Below are positions 38,910 through 51,504 of a stretch of 64,000 bases of DNA, piece by piece; positions within the stretch are counted from its first letter, which is position 1; each line of letters starts with the position of its first letter. A program made the translations under genes and the position numbers. A model generated the notes under the pieces. It was not told the origin of the DNA, searched no databases, and was given only the letters and a program-made list of their open reading frames with translations. The DNA is taken from contig OX597822.1 in NCBI GenBank assembly GCA_951406725.2, positions 81,530,001-81,594,000 on the forward strand. The letters run 5' to 3'. This DNA is from Octopus vulgaris (taxonomy: Eukaryota).

Positions 38910-40375
38910 CTGAAAAATGACAAGAAAAAAAAAGCAACTTAATATCTTCAAATAAATTGTGTCTTTTGAACAGATTATAGAAATATATTGAGATATTGAT
39001 GTATCTGTTAATGGATTGTGATTTGAAATCTACGGTACAAGTCATCTCTGAACAAGCAAAGTTATGACCAAAGACATTTCAATTGTGGCTATGTTGGCTT
39101 TCTCTTAAGTAAAGAGGACCCAAAGAGGGTGTAATTTGAATGTTGTTTTGTAGCTCTTACTGGCAGACAACAAATAACAATGTAGAAACTTCTTTGTTGG
39201 TTTGACTGATTGAGATTTTATATACAACATTTTATTCTCTATTGTCTCGGCTGATCTAGCTGTAGGAAATAGGAGTATCAAGTTCACTGCACAATTGGTC
39301 ATACAGGTGACCATCTGTTGAGACAATACTTTTACAAAGTAAAAGGTCAATCAATTGGGAATTTATTACATCTAGGTATTGAATAAATATAGAAATATCT
39401 CAAATTTTTTCAACTAGACCAGGTGAAAGTTGTAGCCGGTTAAGTCAAAATCAGCAGTTCAACTCCAGTCGCTGGCATTTCCCAATAACACTGTGCAAAA
39501 AGTGCTTTTTAAATGGATTATTCATGATTTAGTTAGATGCTTTCAACAGATTTTGAGGCTGATTTAAGGCACAAGACAAATTTTTGGAAATTGTTAAATT
39601 TCCAAGAATTCAGAAATTAACTGACCTACGCACTTATGATTGCTTTAGATTTTATGTTAACAATATTTAAAAGAGAAAATGGCAATCAATAAGCCAGGAA
39701 CCATAGAATAGCTAAAAGAAAACAGAAGAGAAATTTGAGGACTTACACACACCTAGTAAATGAGAAGGAACATATTTTAAGAAGAGATAAACTTTGTGAA
39801 GTAGAATATGGTGAGGGCACTTGCAGCCCTAGGTTTAGGTAAATACTAAACAAACTATAGTTTAGGGTCACACAATCTGCAATAGCCTCAAAATAATTAA
39901 CAGGCAGGTTTTCAATTTTTGTGAGACCTTCTGGTGAAATATTTTTTTAACAAGTTGTCTACAAGTTTTACATAGCTTAAGGACTCACCAAATCTAGATC
40001 CTGCACTAAGCATTTGTAAGATCATCATCATTTCACATCTGCTTTCCATGCTGGCATGAGTTGGAAGGTTTGACTGAAAACTGGCAAGCTGGTGGGACTG
40101 CAGCAGGTTCCAATCTAATTTGGCAACGTTTCTTTAACTGAATGCCTTTCCTAATGCCAAGAGTATATAGATATCTTTCTTAAACTTGGTCTAACTAAAT
40201 CTCCATTCTTTGAGCAAAATTTATGAAAAAAATTAATTTTTTAAATCATTAAATATAGGGTTGACCCTTTCAGGACTTTGGGTAAATTTTGAGCCACACT
40301 AATTTTGACCAAACCAAACATATTTCCATTATTATCAGTGCAATGTAAACCAAAAGAGAAAAAAATTGTTCTTAC

Positions 40376-40529
40376 ATGAAATTCATTAATCCTTCGACAG
40401 GAGAATGGCAAGGAATTGGTACTGCAGATTAAATAGCGTAGCAATGTTGCGGTCAGTTGAGGTGAAAGGGTCAACATATGAACAGAAACATCTGACTTCC
40501 ATAGTTTCAGAACCTCTTCAGCAATTTTC
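40376..40529 (-). CDS. UBE3D: UBE3D exon 7
   Basis: KIAEEVLKLWKSDVSVHMLTL...STNSLPFSCRRINEFH; CAG acceptor, GTAAGA donor. Confidence 0.92.
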
Positions 40530-41126
40530 CTGAGAAAAACAAAACAGAAATAACACATCATCATCATCATTTAATGTCTGTTTTTCATGCTAGCATGGGT
40601 AAGTTTCCTGATGTGACTTGAATCATATAAGACATCATCGTTTAACGTCCGCTTTCCATGCTAGCATGGGTTCATAAGAGAAATAGCCTTCCCTGATGTG
40701 GAAGTTTCAAATGTACAAGTTTTGACTGTAAATGGCAGATTTTTGACTAGCAGTTTTTGATTCGCTGGTTACCTTTACACTTGTCTCTGAAAACAGAAAC
40801 TGAATGCCAATTACCGTTCTTATTCTTTGAGACAAATGAAGAACTGGGAAGAAGCCAGGCAAACAAACCTTTCGTATGAGATTAGGATTCTTCTTCTACT
40901 TGTTTGTCATTGGACTATGGCCATGCTAGGGCACCATCTTCGAAGGTTTAGTCATACAAATCAACCCCAGTACTCATTCTTAAAGTTTTGGTATTTATGA
41001 TCTGGTTCAGCATCCAATTGTATTTGGAACATCCAATGTAGAGGTTGCAAAGAACCACAAAGGTGAAACTTATGTGGAGAATAAACGATATAAACTGGTG
41101 TCATGATTTCTTTTATATATATATAT

Positions 41127-41316
41127 ATATATATATAAGACAGAGGTAGAAATAGCACAGAATTAAGTCTAAGACATTTCAGTTTAAGAGGGAGTTTAAT
41201 AAAAGATTATAGAATAAAAATATTTTTATTATATAATTTTTTATTAAATTCCCTCTTAAACTGAAATGTCTTAGACTTAATTCTGTGCTATTTCCACCTC
41301 TGTCTTATATATATAT
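41127..41316. repeat. ~190-bp near-perfect palindrome in (TA)n
   Basis: Symmetric about 41221/41222. Confidence 0.92.
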
Positions 41317-42615
41317 ATAAAAATTTGATTTGTATAGATCTCTAATCTTTTTTCAACTATATATATAGGGATCAAGGTGTAGGAAGAAAGTTAGCTTCAA
41401 GCAATCTGTAGTAAATATAAAAAAACAACTTTCTGGGACAATAATAGTTTACTGAGATGGAATGTTGTGGATTTTCTTTCTATCAGAGCATGATACACTG
41501 AAAAAAGTTATTTTTATATTTCACAGTAGGTAACCAGGGTTGCTGGGTGTGCAAATAAGAATACAAGAGTGAAGGAATGAAGTAGGTAAGATCCGGGGGC
41601 ATGTTTCATAGCAAGCAGAACTCTAGTGTATACCACAGGCTACTCTTCAAGCCGAGGATATCTTGAGTTTCCATCAGCCAAATCCACTCACAAGGCATCA
41701 GTCAAACCAGTGTTAAGTAACATACACTTACCCAAGTTACCAAAGAGGGGGACTGAACCCAAAACCACATGGTTGCAAAGTAAACTTCTTATCCACACAG
41801 CCATGTCTGTGCTTCTAGTTTACAAATATTTCTCTTAAGTGGGATTTAATGTGACAGATTAGAACATTCTGGCTAATCGGATAAGCTGAATTCCAGACAG
41901 ATTTAGCAGGAATTTTACATTTATTTTTATTCAGTCATGTATCAAAATTACAAATAACTGTTGTTGGTGGTGGTGGTGGTCAGGTTACTGCCTGGAATCG
42001 AACTCGGAGATATGGTGTAATGGTTAAGGGCGCGGGCTACTAACCCCAAGATTCTGAGTTTGATTCCAGGCAATGACCTGAATAATAATAATAATTATTA
42101 AGAATTCAGAAAAAATTTCCATTATGTTCATATTTGGCTTTTGCACATATGTTGCCAGTGTCATGTAAATGGTACCCATGGAATCATAGTCGTGGCTGTT
42201 GCTGGTGTCATGTAAACGGCACCGTGCAGGTGGGAGGTAAAAAGTACCCATTACACTCCTGGAGTGGTTGGCATTAGGAAGGGCTGTAGAAACCATGCCA
42301 AATCGGACTGGAACCTGGTACAGCCCTCTGGCTTATCAGTTCCAGTCAGACCATCTAACCCATGCCAGCATGGAAAGTGGATGTTAATTGATGATGATGG
42401 CAACCTCATCTACTTGACCAGTACTTTATATAACCAGTATTGAAAGTATGGAAGGCAAAGTTGATCACAGCAGGATTTGATCTCAGAATGTAAAGATCCA
42501 TAAACTAAATACCACAAGGCACTTTGTTTCTCACTTCCTAGTTCTTCCAGTCTACCAAGCAAGCAATAACATTTAAACCAGAAAATTAACCAAAGAGAAA
42601 ATAAAATAAAAGATA

Positions 42616-43020
42616 TTTACATTATTTACATTTGACGGATATTTGTCCTTATCTTGTTTGTTGTTAACACAACATTTCGGCTGATATTTCGAACCTGGGT
42701 TCACATTACTTATTATTATTATTATTATTCAGGTCATTGCCTGGAATCAAACTCAGAATCTTGGGGTTAGTAGCCCGCGCCCTTAACCACTACACCATAT
42801 CTCCGAGTTCGATTCCAGGCAGTAACCTGACCACCACCACCACCAACAACAACAACGATGATGATGAGAACCCAAGTTCGAAATTTCCCCAAGACACCTG
42901 ATGAAGGCTGGAGGATATATCAGCCAAAACGTTGTGTTAACAACAAACAAGATGAGGACAAATATCTGTCAAATATAAATAATGTACATAATTCTTCATC
43001 TCTTAAATATAGAACTGTAT
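42616..43020. mobile_element. second copy of the Penelope-like inverted element, rearranged
   Basis: Same inverted termini as 6920-7592, tRNA-like pieces at 42730-42830, and a hammerhead at 42893-42938 with GAAA changed to AAAA. Confidence 0.8.
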
Positions 43021-43050
43021 TAAAATAAAAGATAAAACTAAAGTTTTTAC

Positions 43051-43211
43051 CTCTCTTTATTGGAAGACTTAGGAACATTATTTATTTCAGCCTGATAAAG
43101 AATTTTCTGTCGTACTTCTGGCTCCAAGGACAGTTCATGGACATGCTTATGTTCAGCAGCAGTTGGAATATCGTTGAGTTCATACACTTGAATGTTATCT
43201 AACAACCAAAC
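43051..43211 (-). CDS. UBE3D: UBE3D exon 6
   Basis: VWLLDNIQVYEL...QKILYQAE...; TAG acceptor, GTAAAA donor; phases 0/2 fit the neighbouring exons. Confidence 0.9.
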
Positions 43212-43547
43212 CTAGAAGAAATGAATGTTTATTTTTATACATATCAAGAGGCATGGTCTCTATGATGCTAAGATACTTGACAAGTGACTGCACTGTGGGA
43301 GGGGACAAGTGGGTGTGGCTGTTCGGATGCTGAGTGGAGATGCAGCCTGTGCTGGTAATGGTACTTTCAGGAGCTGGAGGCAAACACATTCACAGGAATA
43401 TACACGGATAAAAAGAGTGAGAGAGAGAGAGATATAACAATTTATTAATTGAACACAGTTAACATAAATACTTTCCTCTCTTCACATACTCATATAGAGA
43501 AATATGTTCAAGGTGCACAAGTGGCTGTGTGGTAAGTAGCTTGCTTC

Positions 43548-44902
43548 TGCGCATGCGTTTTCCAGTAGTTGTTGTGTGATTTTGTTGAGTCGGACGGTTT
43601 TTCATGCTGCTTAGAAAATGTATTCAGACCTTAGTGGGTCCAAGTTGTCTTCAGCAGAAGAGGAGCTGGTAAGGGCGGTCATAAAGATGGGCGGAGTGTT
43701 GGAGAAAGTTTTGCTGAGGCCACGGAAATGAAGCGAAAGGAGTTGGACTTGGCTGGTCTGAAGGAGTATGAGAAGATGGTACAAAAGAATTATGGAGCAG
43801 ATGGAGAGAAAAACGATCACCTATAAGGAGTTCTCATTAAAAGGAAAAAAGGCTGAGCAGGTGGAAGCAGAAATGGAAAAGGTGCTAAGGGAGCAGTCAA
43901 AGGAAATAACATATATAACTAAAGGAAGGAGATATGGGGCAATGGTTGTCCAATTTAGGACAGTAGAGGAGGCAAGGAGGCTGGTGAGTGTGGCGGTGAA
44001 AACAGAGGAAGTTATACTTCTGCTCACATACCTTGGAAGAAAGACTACCAAGGTAAGGGTAGAAGTAATCCCACCTGATATAGAAGTGGCTTGCGTGGTG
44101 GTGGCTGTCCTTCAAGCCACAGAAATGGAAGAAGGAGGGTGGGAAGGGAAGACACTAGAATTAATTATACAGATGGAGGAGGGACACCTGGAGAGTTTGG
44201 TAGAGACAATGATGTTGGGGGGAAATTGTGCTGAGAGTGTGGGTAGAGGGCAGAGTACCATGTTGTTTTAAATGTGGCCAAAAGGGCCACATTAGAGCAT
44301 ACTGCCCTTTACAGAGGACAATAGCTGAGGAAACAGTTGTGGAGATGGAAGAGAAACAAGAGAAAGAAAAGATAGAGGAAAGGAGGAAAAGGAATAAGAA
44401 TGGAGAGTAACAGAGAGTAGAAAAAAGGAGAGAAAAAGAAAACACTGAGTGTGATGTGGTACTCCAGTCCAACTCCATCCCACCCAAGACCACTCAGACC
44501 CACCCTCCCCATACAGACACCAAACCTACTCATCCCATTTCCCCCCACGAAAAAATGGAAAAGAAAAAGCTCAGACACCTCAGAATTTAAAAGACCCCCT
44601 CCTCCGGTAAAAAAGGCTACAAGAGATTGCAGTCATGAAGTGATAGCAGAACTGGAACAGAGACTAAAAGGAAATTAGAACTCAGAGACAGTAAGTGGTG
44701 TTGCTCAGTATGGGGTGAGTAGCACACTCTTCAGATTTTCATTTTCAACTATCACTCATGTTATAATTTCAATATGTTCTTCATGTTCATTTTCATGTGT
44801 CATTCATATCATCATATATTATTTTTATATCTTTTTGTTATAAGTCCCCACATATGTAGTGTCCTCTCTGTGCAATGCCTTTATGGCAAAAATATTGAAA
44901 TA
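43548..44902 (+). mobile_element. ORF1-only L1/Tx1-like non-autonomous retroelement
   Basis: Frameshifted ORF1-like sequence with CCHC knuckle CFKCGQKGHIRAYC, terminal AATAAA, and 14-bp TSD AAGTAGCTTGCTTC / AAGTAGCTTACCTC splitting a SINE. Confidence 0.78.
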
Positions 44903-45909
44903 AAGTAGCTTACCTCCCAACCATATGTTTCAGGGTTCAGTCCCATTGCATGGCACCTTTGGCAAGTGTCTTCTACTATAGCCTTGGGCCAACGAAAGCC
45001 TTGAGTGTGGATTTGGTAGAGGGAGCCTAAAAGAAGCCTGTGTGTGTGTGCACACACATATATGTGTGTATATATATATATATATAATTTTTGCATGTAT
45101 GTATGTATATTTATGTGTGTGTGTCTGTCTCCCAACCATTGCTTGACAACCAATGATAGTGTGTTTATGTCCCTGAAACGTAGCGGTTCGGCAAAAGAGA
45201 CCGATAGAATAAGTACTAGGCTTACAGAGGATAAGTCTTGGGGGTCAGTTTGTTCGACTAAAGGCAGTGCTCCAGTATGGCCGCAGTCAAATGACTGAAA
45301 CAAGTAAAATAACAAAAGAATATACTAATATTTAGAGATCTATTCTTCTTGTTTGCATGACCATGCTTGTATATATATATATAAAAATGTGTGTGTGTGT
45401 ATATAGAGGGAGGGAGGCAGGCATGTAGGTAGGTAAATAGATATAGAGAGAGAGAGAATAAAGGCCTGATGTCAAATAAGTCAGTAATGAATCAATGATA
45501 CCAAATCAGTGGTGCCAAAATGTCTCACATTCTGCATGGGCACAATTTATGACGAGGCCCCTTGAGCAAGGCACTTACTTTGCAACAATAAAAAGTTCTT
45601 TCTTATTTTGTTACAAGGCCAGCAATTGAAGAAGGGGTAAGTTGATTACATTGACCCTAAAAAGGGTGAAAAGTAAAGTTGACCTCACCAGAATTTGAAT
45701 TCAGGTCAAAGATGGGTAAGATACTGCTAAGCATTTTAGCTGGCATGCTAAGGATTCTGCCAGCTTGCTACCTTAGCTGCAGCAATAATAATGATTCTTT
45801 TATGTTACTGAGAACATGACCATCTCTCCTGTGTTTGAGCTATATTCTCTGTGATCATAATAGCAATGTCAATTTCTACGAAAAAACAAAGCACAAACTT
45901 ATAGCATAC

Positions 45910-46033
45910 CAAGCAGGTGATGGCTGGCTGGTGGTCGGATTTTGAAGATTCAATGATGAATTTGAAACTGGTGTAGATTCGACTCTGTTCTAAGAGATAA
46001 CTGGCCAAATAAGACTCTTCAGTAAAGGTCCAC
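45910..46033 (-). CDS. UBE3D: UBE3D exon 5
   Basis: WTFTEESYLASYLLEQSRIYTSFKFII...TCL; CAG acceptor, GTATGC donor. Confidence 0.92.
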
Positions 46034-46498
46034 CTGAAAGCAGAATAATACCAAAGTATGCACTACGTATAAACATTCATCACTTTATATATACATCGAT
46101 ACATATAGATGTACAGATAAATATGACATACACATACAAGACACATGCACTTGTCCAGGATTATATATATCGTAGCTATTATGCAAAAGTGTCGTACATC
46201 CAAAACGTTCCTTTTTCAGAAATCAAAAAATTACTTTCACCATTTCGTAGCAAAACCGTTGTACTTCACTTTGACTGAAACCGCTTCTGGCTCTGTAGTA
46301 CAAATGTCTTGTTTTCAAAAGTTCTGAATTAAAATCTTCCACCAAACCTTCGTCACAATTCATGTTCCTAACACTGAATGATTAAGTTATTTTACTAAAT
46401 TCTTTGTTATATTTAAAATTAATTGAAAGATAATACAGAGCATCTCAACAGAAACATGGTAACAAAAGGGTTAATAATATATAATAGAGAAATAATTC

Positions 46499-46727
46499 TT
46501 AACCCTTTCGATACCAATCCAGCTGAAACCACCTCTGGCTCTGTAATACAAATGTCTTGTTTTCATAAGTTCTGAATTAAAATCTTCCACCAAACCTTAG
46601 TCACAATTTATGTTCCTAACACTAGCTTAATGATAACTAAGTTATTTTATTAAATTCCTAGTTATATTTAAAGTAATTGAAAGAAACACAGAGGATCTCA
46701 ACAGAAATACAGTATTGAAAGGGTTAA
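46499..46727. mobile_element. piggyBac-like MITE, with a tandem second copy at ~46240-46474
   Basis: TTAA-CCCTTTCGATAC...GTATTGAAAGGG-TTAA. Confidence 0.75.
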
Positions 46728-46917
46728 GGCTGTGAATTAACCAAGGCATCACAACATAAGACAAAATATTTGCCCCACCACATGGTACTTTGATTTCAAA
46801 TCCCATTGAGGTTGATCTTGCTTTCCAGCCTTTCAAGTTCTAAAGTTCTGTGTCCCACAACGGCAGCTGGCAAATGATTGGAACCACCAATAAAATAAGA
46901 AGGAAAGTATAACTCAC

Positions 46918-47026
46918 CTGTTTATACCAGTGAGAGGTTCAGTTACAGAGTTGATTAGATTCGTCATGTTGATGGTGTAGGAATAAATCTTGCAAACAAA
47001 TCTGCCAGGCTCGTTATCTTGAGAGG
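46918..47026 (-). CDS. UBE3D: UBE3D exon 4
   Basis: SQDNEPGRFVCKIYSYTIN...; TAG acceptor, GTGAGT donor; phases 1/2 fit. Confidence 0.85.
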
Positions 47027-47819
47027 CTATAATTAACAATAACAACAATAATAATAATAATAAAAAGCAAAAAACTAACAAGTGCACTCAGAGAATGCAA
47101 ACCTCCGCCAAGGTAACACCAACATCCTCTCAATGATTAGCTGGAGATGATTTTTAAAATGAGATTATCTGAAAAATAAACTCAACTGCTCTCACAAACA
47201 AGAACACTAAAAATGAACCTGACTGCTCTCAAACGGAAAAATAATCCAAATATATATATATATATGTCTGCCAGCCTCGTCTGGCACCTGTGTCGGTGGC
47301 ACATAAAATCACCCACTACACTCTCGGAGTGGTTGGCGTTAGGAAGGGCATCCAGCTGTAGAAACACTGCCAGATCTGACTGGCCTGGTGCAGCCTTCGA
47401 GCTTGCCAGACCCCAGTTGAACTGTCCAACCCATGCTAGCATGGAAAGCGGACGTTAAACAATGATGATGATATTGAGTGAGAGGTAAAGGGAGAGGTGA
47501 TAAAATACTAATACAGTGAAGGAGAGGTAGTGATAGTAATAGCCATGACTGAGAGGGAGTGAGAGAAAGTAATGACAATGAGAAAGACAAAAACGAAATG
47601 GCAAAGAGAGCATTGCATGAATGAGGAAGTTAGGAGTGAGAGATGAATAACGAAGGAAGGAGTGAAAAAGCCAATAAATGGCGTCTGAAGTGTGAGTATA
47701 TGTGTGTGTACAACAGTAATGGGATGGTAAAGTTCCATGCTGAAAATGTGTGCGAGTGTACCAGAGAACTATGTGAAACTTTACATATACAAGTAAAGTA
47801 AAAAAAAAAATCAGAAATA

Positions 47820-49384
47820 TAGCGTCCGTTTTCCATGCTAGCATGGGTTGGACGGTTCAACTGGGGTCTGTGAAGGTGGAAGGCTTCATCAGGCCCAGTC
47901 AGATCTGGCAGTGTTTCTACGGCTGGATGCCCTTCCTAACACCAACCACTCCGTGAGTGTAGTGGGTGCTTTTTACGTGCCACCCGCACAGGTGCCAGAC
48001 AGAGCTGGCAAACGGCCACGAACGGATGGTGCTTTTACATTCACCGGCACGGGGGCCAGGCGAGGCTGGCAATGGATGGTGCTTTTACGTGCCACCAACA
48101 CGGGGGCCAGACAGAGCTGGCAAACGGACACGAAATGGATGGTGCTTTTACGTGTCACCGGCACGGGGGCCAGGCGAGGCTGGCAACGGACACGAATGGA
48201 TGGTGCTTTTACATGCCACTGACACGGGGGCCAGACAGGGCTGGCAAACGGCCACGAACGGATGGTGCTTTTACGTGTCACCGGCACGGGGGCCAGACAG
48301 AGCTGGCAAACGGCCACGAACGGATGGTGCTTTTACGTGTCACCGGCACGGGGGCCAGGCGAGGCTGGCAACGAACACGAACAGCTGGTGCTTTTACGTG
48401 CCACCGACATGGGGTCCAGACAGAGCTGGCAAACGGCCACGAACGGATGGTGCTTTTACGTGTCACCTGCACGGGGGCCAGGCGAGGCTGGCAACGGACA
48501 CGAACGGTTGGTGCTTCTACGTGCCACCGACACGGAGGCTAGACGGGGCGGCGCCAGCAACGACCACGATCGGATGGTTCGCTTAACCACAGCTGCAATT
48601 CCCACTGATGTTGATCGACCTCAATTTGGTTCTGCTTTCTGATATATGAATTGATTTGGTTTGATTTTGATTTTGACTGTTCTCACTGGTCTTGCCGGGT
48701 TTTCTCACGCACAGCATACTTCCAAAGGTCTCGGTCTCTGGTCATTTCCTTGGTGAGACCTAAAGTTCGAAGGTCATGCTTCACCACCTCGACCCAGGTT
48801 TTCCTGGGTCCACCTCTTCCACAGGTCCCCTCAACTGCCAGGGTGTGGAACTTTCGCACACAACTATCTTCAGCCATTCTCATCACATGACCATACCACC
48901 GCAAACGTCTCTCTTGCACACAACAACTGATGCTTCTTAGGTTCAACTTTTCTCTCAAGGTACTTACACTCTGTCGATTATGAACACTGACATTACACAT
49001 CCATCGGAACATACTAGCCTCATTTCTTGCGAGCTTACGCAAATCCTCAGCAGTCACAGCCCAAGTTTCACTACCATGTAGCATGGCTGTACGTACACAT
49101 GCATCATACAGTCTGCCTTTTACTTTGAGCGAGAGGCCTTTTGTCACCAGCAGGGGTAAGAGCTCTCTAAACTTTGCCCAGGCTATTCTTACTCTAGCAG
49201 TTACACTTTCAGCACACCCTCCCCCGCTACTGACTTGGTCACCTAGGTAGCGGAAGCTATCAACTACTTCTAGTTTTTCTCCCTGGAACGTGGTAGAAGT
49301 TGGTCTCTGCATATTTTCAGAGTTTATTGCTCCTGAGCATCTGCCACAGATAAAAACTATTTTCCTAGTTAATATAGTGTGCAC
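47820..49384 (-). mobile_element. RTE-clade LINE, 5'-truncated (ORF 48683-49384 plus 3' UTR)
   Basis: FRYLG, RVRIAWAKFREL, MLHGSETW, RRLRWYGHVMR and PRKTW motifs. Confidence 0.92.
47965..48576. repeat. 10 x ~62-bp tandem array in the RTE 3' UTR
   Basis: Units start GGTGCTTTTACGTG; A and B variants. Confidence 0.92.
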
Positions 49385-49763
49385 ATGTGAGGGTGTGTAC
49401 TTTTGTGTTGCCTTGTCTTGACATCGTATGATAGGTGTAAATGATTATCATTCATTTCCAAAATTCTGTGAAAACATGTGTTAGTCATGAAGAAGTATTA
49501 TGCTTGGAAACAGATAATGGATGGTACCAGCCATAGAAATCTGCTGCAGTTAGCTGTCTGAAGCATGCAGCAAAGGTAAAATGGAAGACAAAAAGTATGT
49601 ATGTGAACCTTTCAATCAACTAAGACTGTTTTGCAATTAGGAAGCAAAAATGTCCTTAGGATGTGTTCAAATTTAAAAAAACATGAAGCAAGGGACATAA
49701 CTTCTTGCCTTAATTTTCCAGAATAATACAGCTGGATGGACTGATACTGCATGTCCCTCGCTA

Positions 49764-49795
<32 letters not shown>

Positions 49796-50421
49796 CTCCT
49801 CTAGATTTGAACCCCTGCACTTTCAAATTGCAAGGATAATATCAGTTGAAAGAAGTATGTCGTCTATTATATTCTGATAAGTGAAACACTCGTGTCAACT
49901 ACAAAAACATGCAGATTACTTCTTTGAGCTAATTTTCTCCCTGACCATGTGTATTTGTTGATATATGCATCATCATCATTTAAAGTCTGCTTTCCATGTT
50001 GACCAAACTCCATTTGTGTGTTGTGGCAAGGTTTCTACAGCTGGATGCCCTTCCATATACGTGTGTGTGTATACATACACATACATATATAAACAATAAC
50101 ACAACTCCAACTTCAAGCTAACAAAATCTTCCAACAATAACTTTCTACCAACCCACACCCTACAAACACGCAAGAGAGAGATGTAGATGGTGGCAAGTAC
50201 CAGGGCATACCTTTGAGGTTCAAATGCCATTATATAAGAGGCAAGATATTGCAAAGGGAGTGCGAGTAAGTGGCAAAAGACCAAGGTATATATAAGTCAC
50301 TCTCACCACACCTCTTGGAGAAGTTTAATAATCCTGTACTCTACCTACAAGTATTCAGTAATTTTTCAGTTTAATCTTGAATTGTTTTTATAAATAATTT
50401 GACATAAAAACAAAGTGTATA

Positions 50422-50470
<49 letters not shown>

Positions 50471-50852
50471 AGTGTTGGGCCTCACAGAGGCAAAGTGGCT
50501 GAGTTCCTAGGCAATGACCAAGACCTTTGCTATTATGTCGTGCTTGAGAAGAAGACCCATCAAGCCAAGCAAAATCGCAGTCATGGCAGATACTGGTGTC
50601 ACATAAATGGCACATAAAAGCACCCATTACACTCTCAGAGTGGTTAGCATTAGGAAGGGCATCCAGCTGTAGAAAACTATGCCAAATCAGTCTGGAGTCT
50701 GATACGACCTTCCAGCTTGCCAGCCCTGGTATGGGTTGGAAGGCTCGACAGGAACTGATTGAGCTGTCCAACCCATGCCAGCATGGACAATGTATGTTAA
50801 ATGATGATGATGTTATATATATATATATGTGTGTGTGAAATGTAATGAGTGG

Positions 50853-51086
50853 ACTATAATACCTGTTATAAATTAATTATTCATTGTCTGATATAATATT
50901 TGGAATATAAAAATTCCTTCAAGTATTGCTAGGAATTGATCAAGTCACTGCTGTAATTGGTTTTCCAACGTTGGAAACCCAATTACAGCAGTGACTTGAT
51001 CAATTCCTAGCAATACTTGAAGGGATTTTTATATTCCAAATATTATATCAGACAATGAATAATTAAGTTATAACAGGTATTATAGT
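50853..51086. repeat. 234-bp near-perfect palindrome
   Basis: Symmetric about 50969/50970 (CCAACGTTGG), about 3 mismatches, no spacer. Confidence 0.95.
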
Positions 51087-51211
51087 GAATTGTTGTGCCA
51101 TTCAAGACAAGTTATATTTCACACACACACACAAACACACATTTTAGAGAGAAGAGAAAGAGAAAGACAAGAGTGAGAAAATTGTAGTCAAAATCTCAGA
51201 AATTAACTCAC

Positions 51212-51504
51212 CATCTCCACTGGATGGTAGACAAGTACCAAGCTCTGTTCGACATCTTCTGCACACCACTTGAGTGGAGTTCATCTTTTTGATGAGAGAC
51301 GTAGGGCTGAGATCAGTAGAATTCACTAGAAAGTACAAATCACTGACCAGACAGTCACCAGGTTTGGGTGACAAAGTGGCACTAGAAACTGAACTGGCTT
51401 TAGACTTCTTTGAAGAACCACTTGTTTCATGTTGATGGCAGAAATGGTTGCCAGACATTTCCATCCAGGCTTCTGATGGTAGGGGAAGAACTCTTCGGAA
51501 TTTT
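51212..51504 (-). CDS. UBE3D: UBE3D exon 3
   Basis: KFRRVLPLPSEAWMEMSGNHFCH...DCLVSDLYFLVN...VVCRRCRTELG carries the UBE3D/HECT_2 signatures LPSxxW..C-H and CxxCxxxLG. Confidence 0.95.

Noticed and set aside
43195-43389. 64-aa ORF abutting UBE3D exon 6
   Set aside because: Different frame from exon 6 and no recognisable similarity.
47965-48576. CRISPR-like array, or repeat-protein ORFs
   Set aside because: No unique spacers, eukaryotic context, and it lies in a LINE 3' UTR. The ORFs are open in many frames only because the unit lacks stops.
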